28,484 bases of DNA from a bacterium (GCA_046757025.1 JBHHXN010000055.1:1-28484); one strand, 5' to 3'. Positions 1 through 9,355 are shown, counted from the stretch's first letter. Notes: generated from the sequence alone by a model not told the origin. Program-made: numbers and translations.

Positions 1-116
1 AGACAATGAAAATGCCCAGGTAAGAATTTACCAAATTGTGAGGGAATGAATTTTAAAATTGTTTCCAGCAGTTCTAATAATTCATTTTAAGACAGAGCCT
101 TTAATCATACCGTAGC

Positions 117-290
117 ACACCATCGCGAACGATAAACACTAATTTGCGCTGATCGCGAATCAGGATGGCGCCCGGCTCGGTGCCGAGGGTATCCGCGTGC
201 CAGTGCAACTGGCACTCCGCCAACGGCAGCCGCAACACCTGCCCGCCCTTACGCTGGCACCTCCGCAGAACTTAAGAGGCAACACGAGCC
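117..290 (-). ncRNA. Candidate structured non-coding RNA: 117-nt rod (174-290) with a 6S-like closing stem, plus a second hairpin domain (117-171)
   Basis: GC-rich intergenic block. On the minus strand 5' GGCUCG-UGUUG pairs with 3' CGGCAC-CGAGCC. Inner stems are UCUGCG/CGCGGA, GUGCCAG/CUGGCAC and GGCAG/CUGCC. The second domain is closed by GCGCCAUC/GAUGGUGU and contains CUGAU-UCGCG-AUCAG. A sigma70-like promoter lies directly upstream. Family not identified. Confidence 0.45.
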
Positions 291-298
291 ATGAATCA

Positions 299-326
299 CT
301 TATAGCAGCGTGGTAATTACTATCAA
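299..326 (-). promoter_or_regulatory. Sigma70-type promoter with extended -10, driving the RNA candidate
   Basis: Minus strand TTGATA-N16-TATAAG with TGn before the -10 box. Predicted start at about 292-290 coincides with the 5' end of the closing stem. Confidence 0.5.
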
Positions 327-328
327 CC

Positions 329-2167
329 CTATTTCTTACCCGTCTCCTCAAGGTCTTCTTTTTGCTCATTCAACCAGCTTTTTCGGATAGCGGCCTGGAG
401 TTTGGAGGGTTTCTCAAGCTCATTGATTTCATATTTGTCGGGCTGTGCTTCGGCGAGGGGCACATCAAAATGGCGTAGCCGGTGGCGGCGAAAAACCGTC
501 ACCTGCACCGTATCCCCGGGCTGATAATTTTTCAGCAGCAGCTCGAGGTTGCTCTGGTGCGCACGCCGGCCGTCGATGGCCAGCAGAATATCGCCCAGGT
601 CCAGGCCCGCAGCAAAAGCGGGGGAGTCGGGAACGACGTTGCGAATTTTGGTCTCTTTCTCGTCACCCGAAGTCGAAATACCTAAATAAACCCCAGGGCC
701 TTTTTCATTTTGAGTGAGTTGTAACTCCAGGCCGGCGTGGTTCAAAAAACGGTTGTAATCGATTTCAGCAGTCCCGTGCACATAATCCGCAAAAAACGTT
801 TCGAAACGGCTACCTGCCACCTGTTCCACGGCCAACTGCATGCCGTTCTCCGGCACACCGCGATCTTTCTTCGCATAATTGCGGTAGAGAAAACGCATGA
901 CGTCATTCAAAGATTTTTTGTTTTTGGTGCGGTGACGGATTTCCAGATCCAGCAGCAGACCCAATATGTTGCCTTTGGTATAAAACGAATAGTAGGTATT
1001 GGGCGGGGCGTGGCCCATGCTTTTAGTCCAACTGTCCCAGCTCACCATGTCCACGCTCATAACCTTTCGACCGTAAGTATTTTGGAATCTCCTGATTGTG
1101 CTGGCCCAGTTTTCCAAATACTTTTTCTTTTTAGTCAACTGCGTTCGAACCAACGTCAGCCCGCCAAAGTAGCTAGTCAATCCTTCGTAAATCCACATCG
1201 TGGTGGTGTAATTTTCTTTGGAATAATCGGGCAGATAGATGGCTTCAGGTCGAATCCGCTCTACGTTCCAAAGATGAAAAAACTCGTGCGATGTCACCCC
1301 CAAAAAGCCGTTGTAAAATCTTTCGTTGTCGAAATCGGCTGGACCGACCACGATGGAAGTAGCATTTTTATGCTCTACTCCGTGTCCAAACCGATAGGGC
1401 AAAAGGTGGTACATAAACAGGTAATACTTGCACGGCATCTCCTGCATAATGGCAATCTGCTCCACCACGATTTTTCTCACATCTTCTACCACTTGAGTTG
1501 AATCGAAGTTGCCTTCGCCCTGTAAGGCCAAATCATAGTTCACCCCGTCCACGGTAAACGACAGCAATTTGAAAGAGGGGCTGATGAGAATGGGCGCATC
1601 CACCAGCTCATGATAGTTGGGACTGACGAAAGCGCCTAAGCTTTGGTCCAATTCCAAAGCCGCTGCGATTTTCCAGTCCGCCGGCTTTTCAATGGCCAGA
1701 GACACCGGCTGCATTTGCTGACCGGCAACGTACATCAAACAGGTGATGGGATTGATATACGCTTCCGAATCATCGAGATAGCTGGAGCCGGCGTCCAAAT
1801 GCCGGGCATAATAGCGGTATTTCACGCACACATTTTGCGACCGCGTTTTGGTTACACGCCAGCCGCTTTTGTCGATCTTCACAAACGGCAGCGGATTACC
1901 CTTGCCGTCTGTGACTTCGAAATCGATGACATTTTTTGCGTAATTCTGGATGATGTAACGGCCCGGCCGCCAGGCGGGAATGCGCACTTCCAGCGAGGTG
2001 GTATCCAGGTCGGTGACGGTCAGCTCCACCTTCAGCAAATGGGCATGCGGCTGCTGCCAGCTCAACCGGTAGGCGATGCCGGGGGTTTCGGCCAGGCACC
2101 AACTGCACAGCATGAACATAATTGAAAATACGAGCAGTAAATTTGAGAAAAGTGATTTTGTGTTCAT
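329..2167 (-). CDS. M61 family (glycyl aminopeptidase-like) zinc metallopeptidase with C-terminal PDZ domain, exported
   Basis: 612 aa; signal peptide; PAWRPGRY N-terminal motif; HEFFH zinc motif, downstream YEGLTSY and YTKG; PDZ-like VVPDSPAFAAGL...GDILLAIDG. Confidence 0.93.
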   Translation of the reverse strand: MNTKSLFSNLLLVFSIMFMLCSWCLAETPGIAYRLSWQQPHAHLLKVELTVTDLDTTSLEVRIPAWRPGRYIIQNYAKNVIDFEVTDGKGNPLPFVKIDKSGWRVTKTRSQNVCVKYRYYARHLDAGSSYLDDSEAYINPITCLMYVAGQQMQPVSLAIEKPADWKIAAALELDQSLGAFVSPNYHELVDAPILISPSFKLLSFTVDGVNYDLALQGEGNFDSTQVVEDVRKIVVEQIAIMQEMPCKYYLFMYHLLPYRFGHGVEHKNATSIVVGPADFDNERFYNGFLGVTSHEFFHLWNVERIRPEAIYLPDYSKENYTTTMWIYEGLTSYFGGLTLVRTQLTKKKKYLENWASTIRRFQNTYGRKVMSVDMVSWDSWTKSMGHAPPNTYYSFYTKGNILGLLLDLEIRHRTKNKKSLNDVMRFLYRNYAKKDRGVPENGMQLAVEQVAGSRFETFFADYVHGTAEIDYNRFLNHAGLELQLTQNEKGPGVYLGISTSGDEKETKIRNVVPDSPAFAAGLDLGDILLAIDGRRAHQSNLELLLKNYQPGDTVQVTVFRRHRLRHFDVPLAEAQPDKYEINELEKPSKLQAAIRKSWLNEQKEDLEETGKK

Positions 2168-2187
2168 TTTGCCTCTATTTTTAATGC

Positions 2188-2343
2188 GTGCCTGAACGGT
2201 AACGATCCCTCTTTTACCCGAAGGCTTACCGGCCGAGGGTGAAATCCTGCCTCGCTCGGCGAAGCCTGTCCTGAGCTTTGTCGAAGGAACACCTTCGCAT
2301 AAGAGATTTTTGATCGCGTATTTTCGAGTTTTGGTTTAAACAC
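2188..2343. mobile_element. MITE-like element, family A copy 1
   Basis: Ends GTGCCTGAACG ... GTTTAAACAC; collinear over its whole length with 13232-13386; internal TCCTGAGCTTTGTCGAAGG motif; flanks TAATGC/TAATTA (degenerate duplication). Confidence 0.7.
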
Positions 2344-2411
2344 TAATTACCACTGTGACAAATTTTGAAACCCGGCTTCAAAGCCAGGAGTCGGATTTCA
2401 ACGCCATTTCA

Positions 2412-2438
2412 TTCATCCTTCGACTAGCTCAGGATGAA
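2412..2438. repeat. REP-like palindrome (CCTTCGACNAGCTCAGGA family)
   Basis: TTCATCCT-TCGACTAGCTC-AGGATGAA; reverse orientation of the motif at 2269-2287 and 13311-13329. Confidence 0.7.
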
Positions 2439-2494
2439 GATAAATGTGCGAGATTTCTAAAACTGTGATTTTCCAGATCGTTTGAAATGGCGGC

Positions 2495-2794
2495 TCAGTC
2501 GCCGGCATTCTTCTCATCTGTCCACTTTTGCAGCACTTCCACGATTTTCCGGGCCTGTGCCGCACTTGAGATATTAAACTTGCTTTGTTGACGGTAAACG
2601 CCCTGCATCTTGCGATAGCGTCGAATGGTGTACTTGTCATCGGAATAGCTTTTACCCTGCGCATTCCAATCCTGGTACTTGAAAATGATCGTGGTCCAGG
2701 CACCTTTGGACAGCACCACTTTGTCTAATTCTCTGACGATTTCAACGCCGTCTTCCTCGTAAGTAATGGTGAGGTCATCGATGGTTTCTGCCAT
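2495..2794 (-). CDS. Conserved-looking hypothetical protein (99 aa)
   Basis: MAETIDDLTITYEEDG...LSKGAWTTIIFKYQDW...RRYRK...SKFNISS; natural composition, co-oriented with neighbours. ATG at 2794 preferred over TTG at 2806. Confidence 0.8.
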   Translation of the reverse strand: MAETIDDLTITYEEDGVEIVRELDKVVLSKGAWTTIIFKYQDWNAQGKSYSDDKYTIRRYRKMQGVYRQQSKFNISSAAQARKIVEVLQKWTDEKNAGD

Positions 2795-2854
2795 GGTTTT
2801 TTGCAATAAGTTAAAGTTAAACGGTTGATTCAGTTGAAGGGATTAAATTTATTT

Positions 2855-2978
2855 GTAACTGTTCAGCCTCTTTTGTCATCCTGCTGGGATCTTGTTTGTT
2901 TTTTAGCTCTTAATTGTTTAGCTAAATAATTCTCAGACTCAAAAAAGATTCTTCCAGAATGACCGGCTGAACAGTTAC
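2855..2978. mobile_element. 124-bp MITE with IS66-type ends
   Basis: Perfect 14-bp terminal inverted repeats GTAACTGTTCAGCC / GGCTGAACAGTTAC and a perfect 8-bp direct repeat ATTTATTT at 2847-2854 and 2979-2986. GTAA termini with an 8-bp duplication are typical of IS66. No transposase. Confidence 0.85.
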
Positions 2979-3030
2979 ATTTATTTGAAATACTCTGGTG
3001 AAAAATCGTGTGTTTATCAAATCAAAAAGA

Positions 3031-3579
3031 TCAAATTTTGTCCTGCAATATTTCCGAACGCGGTTGTGGAATCACGACTTTATTTACCAGCAAGCCTTTG
3101 CTGCGAATGTATTCTGCGCCGGCTTCTACCGCCGACGTGACCGCGGCCACATCGCCGGTGAGGGTGACGTACCCTTTGCCGCCGATGGCCATGGCCAGAT
3201 GAATTTCCATCAGATGGACGTCCGCCGCTTTCACCGCGGCGTCGGCGGCTTCGATGATGGAAGCCACAGAAAAGGTCTCGATGATGCCCAAGGCGCCGGT
3301 CTGTTCGATCACCCGGGTGCCGCTGATGGCGGGAAAAACCTCCGGATGCACGTTGGGAATGGTGAGCTCGTCCACGATGGTGTCGCCGCCGATCTCCAGA
3401 CCAGCGGCAATGCTGGAGTTCACGGCCGCGGTGTCGCCGGCCACCATCACCATAAATTTGCCCGGACAGATGGTGCGGTTAAACACGATCTCCACATCGG
3501 CCGTTTTGAGCATCGCATCCGCCACTTCGTAGCCTTTGGCGATGGAAGTGAGTTCTATCAGACCGATTGCATTTTCCAT
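3031..3579 (-). CDS. pduT: Tandem-domain BMC shell protein (BMC-T), PduT-like
   Basis: AIGLIELTSIAKG...TICPGKF (PduT Fe-S ligand Cys retained); second BMC domain ALGIIETFSVAS...AIGGKGY...VIPQP. Confidence 0.92.
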   Translation of the reverse strand: MENAIGLIELTSIAKGYEVADAMLKTADVEIVFNRTICPGKFMVMVAGDTAAVNSSIAAGLEIGGDTIVDELTIPNVHPEVFPAISGTRVIEQTGALGIIETFSVASIIEAADAAVKAADVHLMEIHLAMAIGGKGYVTLTGDVAAVTSAVEAGAEYIRSKGLLVNKVVIPQPRSEILQDKI

Positions 3580-3621
3580 GACGTTCCTTTTATTGATTTG
3601 TTTTTTGAAACCAGGTGCAAT

Positions 3622-4947
3622 TCAACTTTTGCTAATAACCACAAAATCATTCACCGATTTGACGATTCCAGAAATACTGGCATGGATGGGCACGCCCAAT
3701 TGCGCCGGCGGCGCTTCCGCCAGCACCTGGCCCTTTTGCACCTTTTGTCCTTCCTGGACAATGGGATTCGGCGCTGCTCCAAACGACGGCTGCAGGGGGA
3801 TGGCCACTTCCGCGGGCTCCTCGATTGCCCTCGAGAACGGCGCTTCGGCGGTAAACGCCCCTAAACCTAATTTTCGGGCGAGCCGCTTGGATGGCACGCT
3901 GCGATGCGCTTTCAAAGGGTGTACCCCGGTGGTGAGGTTTTGCAGCTGCTCGGGACTCAACCATTTGTCGTGCTTTTTCAAATCGCGTTTGGTGACCACA
4001 CACACGTTTCTGGGATCCAGATCCTCGGGACAGGCCCAGAGCGAACAGATGTTGCATTCGCAGCAAGCCTGCGCCCAGTGCGTCAGAGACTCGCTCATTT
4101 CGCCGGTGGTCAAAAGCGAGCGCATCACCAGGTGCGGTTTGATGGGATAGCCCAACAAATAGCGCGGGCACATTTCCGTGCACAGACTGCACTGATCGCA
4201 GGCGGATTTACCGATGCGTTTGTAAGTTTGCTCGGACTGCGCTTTCCTTTCAGCGAGTTTGGACTCCCGCGCCAGTACGATAAATCCACTTGAGGTGCGG
4301 CTGACCGGCGTGTTCAAATCACTCACCACCCGTCCCATCATGGGACCGCCGTCGATGAGCACGAAATCCGCCATGGTGGCGTCGCCAGCCCGGGCAAGCG
4401 CTTCGCCATATCGCATCCCTATCGGAAACCAGGCCGTCAGCGGCTGCCGCACGTGCCCGTGGATGGTCATCATGGTGTGGGTTACGGGATGACCTTTTAC
4501 GGCGTGGTGAATATTATGCAGGGTTTCGACGTTTTGCACCACGACGCCTACCTGCAGCGGAATGCCGCCCGCGGGAATTCGGCGCCCGGTGCTGTGGTAA
4601 ACCACTTCGTACTCATCACCGGAAGGATAGACGTCTTCCATTTCAAAGATCGAAATCCCGGCCGGCAGGTCGGTAGAAAGGGCACCGATGGCGCGGCGGT
4701 TTTTGCTTTTTATGGCGACGATGCCTTTGCCGGCGCCCACCTGCTGCATCACTTGTAGCAGCCCATCCAGAATTTCACGAGCGTAGTTTTCCATCAACAC
4801 GTTATCTTTGTAAAACATCGGTTCGCATTCGGCGCCGTTGGCGATGACGATCTCCGCTTTGGATTCGATTTTTTTGTAGGTTGGGAAGCCGGCCCCACCC
4901 GCTCCGACAACGCCTGCATCCCGTACCAATTGTACCAGATCAGTCAT
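3622..4947 (-). CDS. pduS: PduS-like (RnfC-related) FMN/[4Fe-4S] oxidoreductase
   Basis: GVVGAGGAGFPT, NGAECEP, YPSGDE, SLBB GGPMMG, Fe-S motifs CDQCSLCTEMCP and CCECNICSLWACP, C-terminal IHASISG hybrid domain; adjacent to pduT. Confidence 0.88.
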   Translation of the reverse strand: MTDLVQLVRDAGVVGAGGAGFPTYKKIESKAEIVIANGAECEPMFYKDNVLMENYAREILDGLLQVMQQVGAGKGIVAIKSKNRRAIGALSTDLPAGISIFEMEDVYPSGDEYEVVYHSTGRRIPAGGIPLQVGVVVQNVETLHNIHHAVKGHPVTHTMMTIHGHVRQPLTAWFPIGMRYGEALARAGDATMADFVLIDGGPMMGRVVSDLNTPVSRTSSGFIVLARESKLAERKAQSEQTYKRIGKSACDQCSLCTEMCPRYLLGYPIKPHLVMRSLLTTGEMSESLTHWAQACCECNICSLWACPEDLDPRNVCVVTKRDLKKHDKWLSPEQLQNLTTGVHPLKAHRSVPSKRLARKLGLGAFTAEAPFSRAIEEPAEVAIPLQPSFGAAPNPIVQEGQKVQKGQVLAEAPPAQLGVPIHASISGIVKSVNDFVVISKS

Positions 4948-5081
4948 ATTTAAAATTTTATTGTGTTGTGAACCGAAAGTTTAAATTATCTTTATTCTAT
5001 TATCCCGTAAAACTTTATTTTTTAACAAAGTTTCGGAGCGGACTCCCGTTGCCAAATATCGGTACCGCGTGAAAGCCATTT

Positions 5082-5234
5082 ACGCGGAGATGCGAAAGAC
5101 GCAGAGGTTCGCAGAGTTTTTGATTTCAATAAGCGAAAAGCATTTTGACCATTCCAAACGACCAGACTTATAGTTATTATTTTGATTCTTTCTTCTTTCT
5201 CTTTGCTCCTCTGCTCCCTCAGCGTGCTCTGCGT
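5082..5234. repeat. Inverted pair of GCAGAG/CTCTGC-type REP-like repeats in the pduS upstream region
   Basis: ACGCGGAG..GACGCAGAGGTTCGCAGAG (5082-5116) faces CTTTGCTCCTCTGCTCCCTCAGCGTGCTCTGCGT (5201-5234) across an AT-rich spacer. Confidence 0.55.
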
Positions 5235-5410
5235 TTCATATTTTGATGGCGGCTTGGCAGCGCTGCGTCCGCCAGTGGTAATAATTTGGTTACGGCTCCC
5301 CCGGGTTTGGAATTCTCAAAATAATTTGAGTCGTTGCATTCCGCTTGCATGTTTATTTTGATCACAAAGGAGTGAAATTATCGTCAAGGTAAGCTCAGAA
5401 TACAGTTGCT

Positions 5411-5438
5411 AAGATACGATTCAAAATGAAATAATCAA
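5411..5438 (-). promoter_or_regulatory. Possible sigma70 promoter for pduST
   Basis: Minus strand TTGATT-N16-TATCTT, about 460 bp upstream of pduS. Confidence 0.3.
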
Positions 5439-5503
5439 GGAAAAATGACGAGCCGCTACAAAATCTCTGGGAAGATCCAGAAGGTGCTGTGTAGGCAGCA
5501 TTC

Positions 5504-6232
5504 TCACTTTGATGTCTGCAGGGGTACGATGAATTGCTTATCAAAAGGCGAAGTGATACGCAAGCCCGCCCGTTCGTAAACCGTGGCCGGAATGCCGATA
5601 TCCGCCAGAAAGAGCTGGCCGCACTTTTCAGGCAGCAAACCGGTTTTGGGCAAAGCCAGAGTCAGGGTCCAGCGGGCATTTATGCAGACGCCCGGGGTCT
5701 CTGCCGTAGTGGCATCTAGTCCCGAAGGCACATCCAACGACAAAATCGGCGCCGGCTGACGGTTTGCCCACTGAATGGTTTCCGCGGCCCGACCAGCGGC
5801 AGCGCCTTTCAAGTTGTAGCCGATCACGGCGTCGAGGATCAAATCCGCAGGTTCGTCATGTAAATTCTCAATGGCCATCTCCTCACCGGCCGTGGCTTGA
5901 AAAACCTGTCGCTGGAATTCCGCCACGGAATTCAACCGCTGCGGATGTGTGATACTCAAACCGACTTTCAAGCCGCGGTTGGCCAGATGCCGGGCGGCAC
6001 AAATTCCACCACCGCCGTTACCACCGGTTCCCGCCAGAACCCGGATTCGGGCGTTTTTCCAGGATTCTCCGAGAAAATTCATCGCCAGACTGGCGAGACT
6101 GCGGCCGGCGTTTTCCATCATCTGAAAAAGATTGGGGCCCAACTCCGTAATAGCCAAACGGTCAATTTCGCGCATTTTCTCGCGGGTGACGGCCGGAATA
6201 GGGAGGCCGATTTTTGTATAAAATACTTTCAT
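5504..6232 (-). CDS. nnrE: NAD(P)H-hydrate epimerase (stand-alone YjeF N-terminal domain)
   Basis: MREIDR, MMENAG, GTGGNGGGG, ILDAVIG, SLDVPSG and LADIGIP motifs; no dehydratase domain. Confidence 0.9.
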   Translation of the reverse strand: MKVFYTKIGLPIPAVTREKMREIDRLAITELGPNLFQMMENAGRSLASLAMNFLGESWKNARIRVLAGTGGNGGGGICAARHLANRGLKVGLSITHPQRLNSVAEFQRQVFQATAGEEMAIENLHDEPADLILDAVIGYNLKGAAAGRAAETIQWANRQPAPILSLDVPSGLDATTAETPGVCINARWTLTLALPKTGLLPEKCGQLFLADIGIPATVYERAGLRITSPFDKQFIVPLQTSK

Positions 6233-6553
6233 ATTCAAAAAGATAAAAATCTGATCGCCGTTAATCTCAAATCACAAACTTTTTCTGCCTAAAGAAAATT
6301 TAAGTTGGTTTTATTCACGTACTTTTTTCAGCGGGAATCCCAGCTAACAAGTGTGAATAAGGTATGTCTGCAGAAAACAAGCAGAATTGGCAGAGACCGT
6401 CAGTTTTATTTACAAAGCATGAATCACTTGTCCGGGTGCCACTCCCGGTACTTTTTCCAAAGGAAAATCGAACACGGTTCTTAAACAACTCCTCTTCACA
6501 GTCTGTTTGATCGAGACGCCGAGGACCGGCTCAACACTTCAAAACAAATCGCT

Positions 6554-9355
6554 TCACACACTCAGCCGGCGTTTTTTTCGTGATTTACGATCCAGCTCTT
6601 TTCTCACCTGGATGGCAAGTATTTTAGGACTGATGGGCTTGGAAATGAAGGCGCCGGCGCCCAGGCGCAGGGCCTCTTTTACTTTGTTGGACCTGGCATA
6701 ACCGGAAAGAATGATGGCTTTCTGATGCTGGTTCATTTCCAGAATACGGCGGTAGGCTTCCACCCCGTCGATGCCATCCATGATCATATCGATGATGAGC
6801 AAATCATACGAGCGTTTTTTGACATGGTTGACTGCGCTTTCCCCGCTGGAAGCGGAATGTACTTTGTAACCCAGTCGTTTCAAAAGCTGGCTGGCTACTC
6901 GCCGCTGAATAGGATCGTCATCCACCACCAGAATCGATTCGCTGCCGCCTTTTGATTGCTCTACCACCCTGGCCAACTCTTTTCCATATTTCCTGGAAAC
7001 GGGTAGATAGATGGAGAAAGTCGTGCCTTTATTTTTCTGAGAATCTACTAAAATATAACCGTGATGATCCTCAATGATGCCGTGCACCACACTCAGTCCC
7101 AGCCCGGAGCCCCGTTCACGATCCATGCATTTGGTGGTAAAAAACGGATCGAAGATTTTACCTAACACGTCGGAAGACATGCCGACGCCGGTATCGGTGA
7201 TTTTCAGCAAGACGTATTCCCCTCTGGCAATGCATGCGTACCCTCGCAGCGGTTTTTCCAGGTAGGCGTTTTCAGTGCTAATGGTTAACACGCCGCTACC
7301 GGGCATGGCTTCTTTGGCATTGCTGATCAAATTGACCAGGGCACGTGTCAGTTGGGCCACTCCGCCTTTGATTATAAACAAATCCGGCGCCAGGTTCTCC
7401 CGTATGGTAATGTCTTTCGACAGATTGTTGGCCATCACTACTTTGTGAACCAGCGTATTCAAATCGATGGGTTCCATGGTGTAATGACCGCGTCGGCCCA
7501 GGGCTAATAATTGCTGGTTGATCTCGGCAATTTTCGTGGCGGAATCTTCCATTTCATCCAGCATGTCGGATATCGCAGCCGAGTTTTCCAACTCCTCCCG
7601 AATGAGCGTCGGGTAGGCGGCAAGCGGCGACAGCAGATTGTTGAAATCGTGTGCAATCTGGCCGGCTACGCGGCCGGCCGTTTCCAAACGCTGCGCGCGC
7701 GCCAACTCTTCCTGCAAAAATTTGCGTTCTGTGATATCGGTGAAAAAACATAAATTGGCGGATTGGCCTTCCCAGTTAATGAAAACGACGTTGATATCCA
7801 TCCATTTGATGTGGCCATTTTTATCCACGAGTCTGTATGAATTGATGATGGATTCCTTGTCATTTTGTTGTTTTTTGCTGATATGCAGGGAAATGATGCT
7901 CTGATCTTGCGGATGAAACAGATCGATAAATGGTTTGGCAGCTAATTCTTCTTTTGAATAGCCGGTTAAGCTGAGTAGTTTGGGATTAAAGAATTTAATT
8001 TGACCATTCTGAACGATCAGAATAATTTCATTGGTATTTTGTACCACCATTTTGTATAATTCTTCGGAATGTCGCAGTGCCTCTTCCGCTAGTTTGCGCT
8101 CGGTGATGTCGGCAATTAAACCGTCATAGGCGATCAGATTGCCGCGTTCATCAAATCGGGGTACGCGTGTGTTTCGCACCCAGCGCACGCTGCCGTCCTT
8201 GTGCAGAATGCGGTGCTCGATGATCTGCACATCTTCATCCGCCAGAATTTTTCGCGCGTGCTGGATCACCGCCACCCAGTCTTCTTCGTGCACCATGCGA
8301 TGCCAGAGATTCGGATCATTGTAATAATCCTCCGGTCGGTAGCCGGTGACCGCAATACAACCTGGACTGTGGATGGTTTCCACTTCTTTGCCATTTTTAA
8401 TTTTTACGGTGTAGATGTAATCGGTCACAGTTTCAAGCAATTTTCTGTAACGATCCTCGCTTCGGCGTAGAGCGGCTTCGGTATTTTTAAATAAGGTGAT
8501 ATCCCGCACGATGCCCGTAAACAATTTCTTCCTTTCCAACTGCAGTTCACTCACCGAGATAAGCAACGTAATCAATTGTCCATCTTTTCGTTTACCGGTC
8601 ACCTCCCGGCTGTATCCGATGATATTTTTTTTACCGGTTTTCAAATATTTCCGAATGTAACCATTGTGTTTTTCCTGGAATGGCGTGCTCATCAACATTT
8701 TGATATTCTGACCGATGATTTCCGCTTTTTTGTAGCCGAATATTTTTTCCGCCGCCGCGTTGAAGGAGGTGACTAAACCCTTGGCATCGATGATGATGAT
8801 GCCGTCGGCGGCCGTGTTCACAATGGCCTGATTCTGGGCTTCGCTTTCCCGTAAAGCTTCCTCTGTTCGTTTTCTTTCGGTGATGTCGATGCCCGAGCTC
8901 AAGGTGGCGACAGCTTTGCCCTTGTCATCCTTCAGCAGCGTATTATGCCAGGCGATCATTCTTTCCTCACCCATTTTGGTGGAAATGGGATTTTCAAAAT
9001 AACGCAACACTTCTACATCTCCAGAAACAAACGCATTAAATTTATTGCGCACTCGCGATCTGATATTGGCGGGTAAGAAATTGGTGAACCAGTTTTTTCC
9101 CACAATTTCGTTTTCTTCATAGCCCAGTAATTTACAGCCCATCTTGTTGATGAGTTTGACCTGACCTCTGCGGTTCAAAACTAAAAATATAACCTCGGCC
9201 ACTTCAAAATACCTTTGAGCGATTTCTTTTTCCTTTCTCAACGCCGCTTCATTGCGTTTGAATTCGGCTTCTACGCTTTTAAGCTGCTGAATTTTTTGCC
9301 GCAGAGTTAAGACTTCTTTGATAAGTTGTTCTTTGGATTTGTTTTGAAGTGCCAT
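6554..9355 (-). CDS. Cytoplasmic hybrid sensor kinase: 4 PAS, HisKA, HATPase, receiver
   Basis: Four PAS/PAC units ending in DITE/DITL; H-box AHDFNN; NAKEAM, DTGVG, FDPFFTT, GSGLGL; receiver VVDDD...IIDM...ISKP; no transmembrane helix. Confidence 0.95.
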   Translation of the reverse strand: MALQNKSKEQLIKEVLTLRQKIQQLKSVEAEFKRNEAALRKEKEIAQRYFEVAEVIFLVLNRRGQVKLINKMGCKLLGYEENEIVGKNWFTNFLPANIRSRVRNKFNAFVSGDVEVLRYFENPISTKMGEERMIAWHNTLLKDDKGKAVATLSSGIDITERKRTEEALRESEAQNQAIVNTAADGIIIIDAKGLVTSFNAAAEKIFGYKKAEIIGQNIKMLMSTPFQEKHNGYIRKYLKTGKKNIIGYSREVTGKRKDGQLITLLISVSELQLERKKLFTGIVRDITLFKNTEAALRRSEDRYRKLLETVTDYIYTVKIKNGKEVETIHSPGCIAVTGYRPEDYYNDPNLWHRMVHEEDWVAVIQHARKILADEDVQIIEHRILHKDGSVRWVRNTRVPRFDERGNLIAYDGLIADITERKLAEEALRHSEELYKMVVQNTNEIILIVQNGQIKFFNPKLLSLTGYSKEELAAKPFIDLFHPQDQSIISLHISKKQQNDKESIINSYRLVDKNGHIKWMDINVVFINWEGQSANLCFFTDITERKFLQEELARAQRLETAGRVAGQIAHDFNNLLSPLAAYPTLIREELENSAAISDMLDEMEDSATKIAEINQQLLALGRRGHYTMEPIDLNTLVHKVVMANNLSKDITIRENLAPDLFIIKGGVAQLTRALVNLISNAKEAMPGSGVLTISTENAYLEKPLRGYACIARGEYVLLKITDTGVGMSSDVLGKIFDPFFTTKCMDRERGSGLGLSVVHGIIEDHHGYILVDSQKNKGTTFSIYLPVSRKYGKELARVVEQSKGGSESILVVDDDPIQRRVASQLLKRLGYKVHSASSGESAVNHVKKRSYDLLIIDMIMDGIDGVEAYRRILEMNQHQKAIILSGYARSNKVKEALRLGAGAFISKPISPKILAIQVRKELDRKSRKKRRLSV

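Noticed and set aside
1..34. Possible gene start TTG-VNSYLGIFIV running off the left edge (NuoA-like N-terminus)
   Set aside because: Only 11 codons are visible and there is no RBS; cannot be supported.
110..290. Fluoride, TPP or FMN riboswitch, SRP RNA or tRNA-Sec identity for the RNA candidate
   Set aside because: Only isolated fragments match (GCGAUGGUGU, GCCAGCGUA); the remaining consensus elements are absent.
160..369. 69-aa minus-strand ORF
   Set aside because: Overlaps the M61 end and the structured RNA candidate; composition is not protein-like.
4948..5503. Cobalamin riboswitch upstream of pduS
   Set aside because: No GGGAA..GGTG.AA.TCC core or complete B12 box found; the region is explained by REP-like repeats.
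6311..6360. Hairpin TTATTCAC...GTGAATAA with a GCGGGAATCC core, and similar hairpins at 2365-2401 and 17178-17200
   Set aside because: Single imperfect palindromes without U-tracts or second copies; function cannot be assigned.
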